DNA of 30,889 nt from Pseudomonadota bacterium (lineage in GTDB: Bacteria; Bdellovibrionota; FAC87; UBA2466): assembly GCA_043767805.1 (NCBI GenBank), contig JAYUGC010000089.1:1-30889 (forward strand). The letters are read 5' to 3'. Made by a program: the position numbers and the translations under genes. Shown one piece after another: positions 25,274 through 30,889 of this stretch (within the stretch, counting starts at the first letter, position 1; each line of letters starts with the position of its first letter). The notes under the pieces are model-generated. The model saw only the letters and a list, made by a program, of their open reading frames with translations, was not told the origin of the DNA and ran no database searches.

Positions 25274-26913
25274 GAGTCGAGATTTCCCAAAACGGAACGA
25301 TCGTCGAGACCCGGGATCTCGCCGAGGGATCTTATAAGATCGGGCGTGCGCCGGAGTGTGAGTTGCGTCTCAAATCTCCGCAGATCTCCAAGCAGCACGC
25401 CCTTCTCGTCATCAAGGGCGATAAGGCGGCCATCGTCGATTTGGGATCTTCGAACGGCGTTTTCGTAAACGGCATTCTCGTTCGCAAACAAAGAGTCGAG
25501 CCTGGCGATGACATCACCATCGTCGATTTCAAGATCAAGATTTCGCCCCCCGGACGTCCCATGACGCAGCCACGCGGACCTGCGGACATTAACGCGGGTT
25601 TTGGCGGAGGCGAAGGCTTGAGCCTCGACTTCGGCGGCTCGGCCGCGCCCGATCTCAACGCCTTTCAGCAGCCCATGGGGGCGTTGCAGCCCGAAGAACA
25701 GGCCGCGCCCGAGAGAAGTGCCCAGGAAAAGCTTCTGGAAGTCATGGATCAGAAGATCCTCCTTCCTTACTACAGCGTCGTGCGGTCGATGGACTGGCGC
25801 TGGATCCTTTCCTCCATTTTGCTCATTTCGCTCGTGGCTTCCGTCATCTTGAGCGTCATTCCCATCGTACGCTGGGGAAAAAAGATTACTTCCAAAGAAG
25901 CTCTCGAACGAGCCCACGTGGTGCTCGCTCAAACGGTGCGCGAGAACTACCGCATTCTCGCCAAGACCGGCGATTTCTCGGGCCTTACGGTCGAAGCCGC
26001 GGACAACGAGCCCGGCATGCTCGGGGTTTACATCATCGATGCGAAAACCCGGCAGATTCTCTCGCCCGCCAAGTACTACAATAAGTCTTTGACCGACAGC
26101 TGGTCGCTTGCCGCCGTGGACAAGGTTCTCAAAGGCGGGGACAAGATCGATCGGGCGCAGATCGAGCGCGAGGACGGCATTTTCGTCCTGGCTCAGCCGA
26201 TTCGACTCGCTTCGCCCGATACCACCTCGTCCAACATCGCGGCCATCGTGCTCGGAAACTTCGAAGTCTCGAGCGAAATCACGACCACTTTCGAGCCTTT
26301 GGTGGAAGCTTCTCTCTTCGCGGTCCTGATGTCGCTTGGGGCGTTCTTCTTCATCTATAAGATGATTACCTATCCCATCGTGCAGATGAACGAGCAGCTG
26401 GACGCTGCGCTCAAAGGCGAAAACGTCCAGATCACCTGTGAGGCCCAGTTTCCGGAGCTCGAGTCGCTGGCGACTCAGATGAATTTCACCATCGGCAAAA
26501 TGAAGAAGGACGCCGGTGGGGGCAACCTCGCCAACTCGGACGCTGCCGCCGAGGAAGAGGAAGATTATATCCGCGCCATTCGAGAGATGGATGAGGGCAC
26601 GAGTGACGGCATCATCCTTTTGGATAGAGATAAGCGCATCAAGTTCGTCGGCAATATCCTGGGCGAGCTCGTGGGACTCCGCCAGCAATACGCCGAAGGC
26701 CAGAACATCGGCGACGCCTGTAAGGACGCCGGTCTCGCCGGAACTTGCATCGATTTGACCGAAAGCGTGCTCAGCTCTCTCGGCTCCACGCAGACCGCGA
26801 CTCTCGACGTCAACGGGGTGTCCCGCAACATGGTCGCGATAGCCAGAAAAACGAGAAACGGGGACATTCGCTTCATTCTAATTCTACTCAAAATGGGTGG
26901 AGGACAGGCTTAG
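25264..26913 (+). CDS. FHA - TM - periplasmic sensor-like - TM - HAMP-like - PAS-like membrane protein
   Basis: FHA motifs IGR...ISKQH...DLGSSNGVFVNG; two TM helices; YPIVQMNEQLD...PELESLATQMN (HAMP-like); DGIILLDRDKRIKFV (PAS-like). Confidence 0.8.
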   Translation: MGLRVEISQNGTIVETRDLAEGSYKIGRAPECELRLKSPQISKQHALLVIKGDKAAIVDLGSSNGVFVNGILVRKQRVEPGDDITIVDFKIKISPPGRPMTQPRGPADINAGFGGGEGLSLDFGGSAAPDLNAFQQPMGALQPEEQAAPERSAQEKLLEVMDQKILLPYYSVVRSMDWRWILSSILLISLVASVILSVIPIVRWGKKITSKEALERAHVVLAQTVRENYRILAKTGDFSGLTVEAADNEPGMLGVYIIDAKTRQILSPAKYYNKSLTDSWSLAAVDKVLKGGDKIDRAQIEREDGIFVLAQPIRLASPDTTSSNIAAIVLGNFEVSSEITTTFEPLVEASLFAVLMSLGAFFFIYKMITYPIVQMNEQLDAALKGENVQITCEAQFPELESLATQMNFTIGKMKKDAGGGNLANSDAAAEEEEDYIRAIREMDEGTSDGIILLDRDKRIKFVGNILGELVGLRQQYAEGQNIGDACKDAGLAGTCIDLTESVLSSLGSTQTATLDVNGVSRNMVAIARKTRNGDIRFILILLKMGGGQA

Positions 26914-26925
26914 GCCGAGAGTTTC

Positions 26926-28299
26926 ATGGATCGTACGCACACATTAACGCTGCTTGGTAATCGAAAAGGGGGATACCCCTATATCGAGTTGCTGGTCGGG
27001 AAAGAGAAGGGAAAGCTCTACGAGCTTTCCCGCGACCATATGAGCATCGGCCGCAGCGACGAGAGCGATATTCTCTTCGCGAGTGATGCCGTGTCGCGGA
27101 TACATGCCCTCATTTCCCGTGAGGAAGACGGCTGGCACATCCGCGACAATCAGTCGAAGAACGGCATTCAGGTCAACGGAACGAAGCACGACAATGTCTG
27201 CATGCAATCGGGCGATCTCGTGCAGGTAGGCGATTTCGTCTTCCGTTTCCTCGATCCTTCGAAGGCAAAGGCCAAAACGGTGCGCAAACCGAGAAACGTG
27301 AATCTCGCGCAAACTCCCGGGGCTCGTTTGATGCGGGGGGCGCCTAGCCCCGTTTGGTTCGTTGGCGCCTTGCTCGGAGGCCTGGTTTACTTACTTCTGT
27401 CTCCGGCGCTCTCGCGTCCCAAGGCAACGGCACAAAAGGAGCTCGTCATCTCCGCTCCTCCGGCGAAGTCCGAGGCCACCGAGACGGCTCAGACTCAGTC
27501 GGTAGCCGGGGGGCAGCTGGATAACGCGGCGAAAGCTTTGGCGGCCGCGCACGCGGAAGTGGCACATAAAGTGGCGGAGGCGCCCGTCAAGATGGTCGCC
27601 GATAGCTCCGCCGTTCGTCCCATCACCCGCGAAGACCTGACCATCAAGACCCGCAAGAATGGCAAGAAGGTCGAGTCCGGAAAGTCTTTGAAGATTTATC
27701 TCGAAGAAGGGCAGCACTATCTTTCTCAAGGGGATTTCGAGAGCGCGAGCATCGCTTACAACTTCGCCATCCTCATCGATCCTAGAAATCCGATGGCGAT
27801 TCAGGGGATGGAAGCCGCGCAAGCGGGCGTCCGCGACGTCTCGTCCGTTGCCCAGCCCGAGAGAGAGAGCCAGTCCGTGGCCCTTTCCGGGGGACTCGCC
27901 ACGAAGGCCGCGGCCGCGACTGCCGCCGCCAATCAGGAAACCAAGAAGAAGCAGGTTCAAAAGCTTTTTGAAGTGGCGACGGGCGCGCTCATCACTAAGA
28001 AATATCAAAAAGCCATCGATACGGCGGAAGAGATTCGGCGCATCGAGATCAAGGGCGAGACGACTTACCTGAACGAGGCGAAGCAAGTCATCGATCAGGC
28101 CAAGATCAAGCAAAAGGACGAGTTTGAGCCTTTCATCAAGCAAGCGAACTTCATGATTTCCGAAAAGGCGTTCGGCGCCGCGCGCGAGCTCTGCGATCAG
28201 ATGCTCAAGCGAGATGAAGCTTATACCCCCGCGAAAGATTGCCGCGACCGCGCGGAAGCGGGCTTGGGCCGTCAAGCTAGCTCGGGAGGTGCCAAATGA
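26926..28299 (+). CDS. FHA - TM - linker - TPR-like protein
   Basis: IGRS...VSRIH...SKNGIQVNG; one TM; TPR-like helices (EGQHYLSQGDFESA...IDPRN). Confidence 0.85.
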   Translation: MDRTHTLTLLGNRKGGYPYIELLVGKEKGKLYELSRDHMSIGRSDESDILFASDAVSRIHALISREEDGWHIRDNQSKNGIQVNGTKHDNVCMQSGDLVQVGDFVFRFLDPSKAKAKTVRKPRNVNLAQTPGARLMRGAPSPVWFVGALLGGLVYLLLSPALSRPKATAQKELVISAPPAKSEATETAQTQSVAGGQLDNAAKALAAAHAEVAHKVAEAPVKMVADSSAVRPITREDLTIKTRKNGKKVESGKSLKIYLEEGQHYLSQGDFESASIAYNFAILIDPRNPMAIQGMEAAQAGVRDVSSVAQPERESQSVALSGGLATKAAAATAAANQETKKKQVQKLFEVATGALITKKYQKAIDTAEEIRRIEIKGETTYLNEAKQVIDQAKIKQKDEFEPFIKQANFMISEKAFGAARELCDQMLKRDEAYTPAKDCRDRAEAGLGRQASSGGAK

Positions 28300-29576
28300 G
28301 CACGCGTCCCGGGACCTTACAGCCCATGCACATGTCGCCCTTCATCGAGCAGGTCACGGGCGATGATAAGGGGAAAATTTTCGAGCTGGGCTCGACTCAG
28401 CTGACTATTGGCCGCGCGCGCGAGAACGACATCGTCGTTCAGAGCGAAGCGGTGTCGCGTCTTCATGCCCGCCTCATCCAAAGCGATGGGGGTTGGTTCA
28501 TCCGGGACAACGGCAGCAAGAACGGCATCATGGTCAACGGCAAGAACTGCCGTGAGAGCTGGTTGCAGACCGGCGACATCGTCCAGGTGGGAGATTTTGT
28601 CTTCCGCTTCAACGATCCAGGGACATCGTCGGAAGCGGCGGCGGCTCCCGCGGCCTCGGCCGAGCCCGCGATGGAGTTTCAAGCGGCTCCTCAGACCGAG
28701 ATTCCGGTGGTCGCTACCACCGACTACGGCACGGCGCCGACTCAAGCCAAAAAGAAGAAGAACCGCCGCCCGATGATTTACGGTTTGGTGGTGCTTGCGG
28801 CGGCGGCTTACTACTTCACGAGTAGCGACGCGCCGGCTCCTGGAAAGACCGATGGCGAGACTCCGACGCTCGCGCGGCAGTTCAAAACGTCCGAGGAGCC
28901 GAATCTCGGCGCCGATGCGAAGCCGAAACGTCTCATCGGCCTCGAAGATCCCATTTTGAAAGAGGCCGAAGTCAAGATGAGCCGCCTCGACTGGACGAAC
29001 ATGAGCCTTCGTCAGTCGGAGCAGCTCTTCAAGAAGGGCCAGCGCGAATATCTGAGTCAGAATTACCACCGCGCCATCGATTTCTTCCAAAGCGCCATCC
29101 AACTCTACCGCGGGCATCTCGTGGCCGAGCGCTTCTTGAAGCGCGCCATTTACGAGGCTGAGTTAGAAGCGAAGAATAATATGGCGCTCGGGATTCAGTA
29201 CTACTCGTCGCTGCAGTACCAGCGAGCGATGTACCATTTTTCGGAAGTCGTGACGCTCATGTCCCACCGGCCGAAAGAGCCCGTGGTAGCGGAAGCGACG
29301 CGCTACATCGAGCAGTGCAAAAGGATGCTCGTGGCCGCGGAGCTTTATCCGGGAGAGATGAACAACGACAGCCTCCAGGCGCTCGTCGAGCAGCTGGGAG
29401 AGGCAGTAACGGATTTGGATAAGCAGGACCCAGCCGCGCGCGAGCCTTCGTACTTGAAGGTGAAAGAGCTCGCAAGCCGAATCCGGGCGTACCCTCGCAC
29501 GGACCCTGGAGCCTTGGAAAAAGCCAAAGAGGCCGAGGACAAGATCAAAGAGCTGACGGGTAAGAAAGACCAATGA
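28296..29576 (+). CDS. FHA - TM - linker - TPR-like protein
   Basis: IGRA...VSRLH...SKNGIMVNG; TM after a Lys/Arg cluster; KGQREYLSQNYHRAIDFF; ATGA overlap with the preceding gene. Confidence 0.85.
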   Translation: MSTRPGTLQPMHMSPFIEQVTGDDKGKIFELGSTQLTIGRARENDIVVQSEAVSRLHARLIQSDGGWFIRDNGSKNGIMVNGKNCRESWLQTGDIVQVGDFVFRFNDPGTSSEAAAAPAASAEPAMEFQAAPQTEIPVVATTDYGTAPTQAKKKKNRRPMIYGLVVLAAAAYYFTSSDAPAPGKTDGETPTLARQFKTSEEPNLGADAKPKRLIGLEDPILKEAEVKMSRLDWTNMSLRQSEQLFKKGQREYLSQNYHRAIDFFQSAIQLYRGHLVAERFLKRAIYEAELEAKNNMALGIQYYSSLQYQRAMYHFSEVVTLMSHRPKEPVVAEATRYIEQCKRMLVAAELYPGEMNNDSLQALVEQLGEAVTDLDKQDPAAREPSYLKVKELASRIRAYPRTDPGALEKAKEAEDKIKELTGKKDQ

Positions 29577-30889
29577 AGATAACGGTCAAAACTTATATCG
29601 ACGGACAGGAAGCCCTCTCGAAGGTTTTCCCCGAGGGCGTGTACCGTGTCGGCCGTTCCGAGTTCTCCGATATCGTTTTGAATCATTCGAGCATCAGCCG
29701 TAGTCATCTGGAGATTCGGGTGACCGAGTCCGCCGTCTACCTCACCAACATGGGTGCCGGCGGCAAGGTGAAGGTAAACGGCCAAGCCGTCGAGACCGCC
29801 GAGATGAACGACGGGGACGAAGTTCGGGTCGGACCGTTCCAAATCGTCGTATTTCACGGAGAGCGCGAAGGCGAAGCTCCGTCTCCGGCCGGCTTGCCGG
29901 GCGATAATCCTGCCGACGGTGGCGTGAACGTCGAAAATGCCTTTGGCGGCGGAGAGTTTCAGCCCAATGAAGGGGGCGAGGACTTGCCCGTGCCCGCGGA
30001 GCGCGGAGAGGGCAATGCTATCGAGCCCGTGGGAGACCGCAATGACGACTTCCAGCCGGGCGGCGGGGATGGCGCGGGGGGCGTGGCTTTAGCCGAGGCG
30101 GAAGCCGAGCTCGAGATCGAGCCCAATAACGAAGGCACCGCCATGGGGCGGGGCGAGACTCAGCTGGAAATCAAGCCCATCGTCGCGAAGCTCATCTTCG
30201 CCGAAGGCCCGAAGATGGGCGACGAGATGTTCATCGAGACCTTCGAGGTCACGCTCGGCCGCAGCAAGAAAGCGGACATTTTCTTAGACGACGAAAAGCT
30301 CTCCCGCATCCATTGCAAGGTGACTCGCGTGGGCATGGGCTATCGCTTGGTCGACATGAATAGCCGTAACGGCACGTTCGTAAACGGCATCCGGGTGCTA
30401 GAGCATCCCTTGAACAGCTTTGACGAGATCCAGATCGGTAACTCGAAGATCAAGTTCCTCATCCACGACGTGATGACGAACGAGATGCAGCGGGCAGCAG
30501 GCACGCTCGCGGTCATGGGCTCCGACTTCCCCGGAACGGGAAGTGCCGCGGTTGCTTTCGATCAAACGAAGTCTTTGGCCGTCGGCGCTCTGCCCCAGGA
30601 AGTGCTTCTCGAGCTCCAGAGACCCAAAGGTGTCCCGCAGCCCGAGTACTCCTCAGTCGGCGAAATGGTCGAAGGGGAGCCGGACATTTCGCTCCTCAGT
30701 ACGCCTCGCAATAAGCGAAACGCGGTGATGGGCGGACTGCTTCTCATGCTCGTCATAGGGTACTTCCTATTGCCGTCGGCACCGACCGCGACGCCGACGG
30801 ATACGAAGACGGCGGAGACCACGAAGGGTGAGACCAAAGATCCGCTCGCCAACGTGGTGATTCCGGCCAACATGCCGAAGGATTACGCC
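29573..30889 (+). CDS. Tandem FHA-FHA - TM protein, N-terminal part (runs off the right edge)
   Basis: Hand-translated and absent from the ORF track; ATGA overlap. FHA1 VGRSEFSD..SISRSH, acidic Gly/Pro linker, FHA2 LGRSKKAD..LSRIH..DMNSRNGTFVNG, TM AVMGGLLLMLVIGYFLL. Confidence 0.88.
   Translation, partial: MKITVKTYIDGQEALSKVFPEGVYRVGRSEFSDIVLNHSSISRSHLEIRVTESAVYLTNMGAGGKVKVNGQAVETAEMNDGDEVRVGPFQIVVFHGEREGEAPSPAGLPGDNPADGGVNVENAFGGGEFQPNEGGEDLPVPAERGEGNAIEPVGDRNDDFQPGGGDGAGGVALAEAEAELEIEPNNEGTAMGRGETQLEIKPIVAKLIFAEGPKMGDEMFIETFEVTLGRSKKADIFLDDEKLSRIHCKVTRVGMGYRLVDMNSRNGTFVNGIRVLEHPLNSFDEIQIGNSKIKFLIHDVMTNEMQRAAGTLAVMGSDFPGTGSAAVAFDQTKSLAVGALPQEVLLELQRPKGVPQPEYSSVGEMVEGEPDISLLSTPRNKRNAVMGGLLLMLVIGYFLLPSAPTATPTDTKTAETTKGETKDPLANVVIPANMPKDYA

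Noticed and set aside
25066..26688. 540-aa minus-strand ORF (likewise 20520-21659, 1827-2795, 15194-16069, 27391-28275, 28317-29117)
   Set aside because: Shadow ORFs opposite well-supported genes; expected from GC-rich codon bias; no recognisable motifs

Overview
GC-rich chromosomal window, most likely from a Bdellovibrionota/Myxococcota-type delta-proteobacterium (inferred from gene content: an AglRQS-like TolQ/TolR/TolR triad and a lone tadC followed by DUF192 and several FHA genes). About 30 CDS are supported. They cover envelope and hydrolytic enzymes (PlsC, Tat-exported PhoX, isoaspartyl peptidase, OmpA-family, YejM/LTA-synthase-like sulfatase, M1 aminopeptidase), ruvCAB, a SAM hydrolase, mazG, a degenerate ABC exporter, asnB and lysC. 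The right end is a tadC-DUF192-(FHA)x4 operon resembling predation-associated Tad/Kil loci. Three genes missing from the ORF track were read by hand: a partial amidohydrolase at the left edge, a 57-aa membrane protein upstream of ruvC, and a partial tandem-FHA protein at the right edge. The most unexplained region is the lysC-tadC intergenic stretch. It holds a 33-bp hexamer-built inverted repeat and a self-contained ~160-nt minus-strand transcription unit (extended -10, four hairpins, SD plus 12-codon micro-ORF, internal anti-SD, intrinsic terminator) divergent from the Tad/FHA operon. No rRNA, tRNA, CRISPR array or mobile element was seen.
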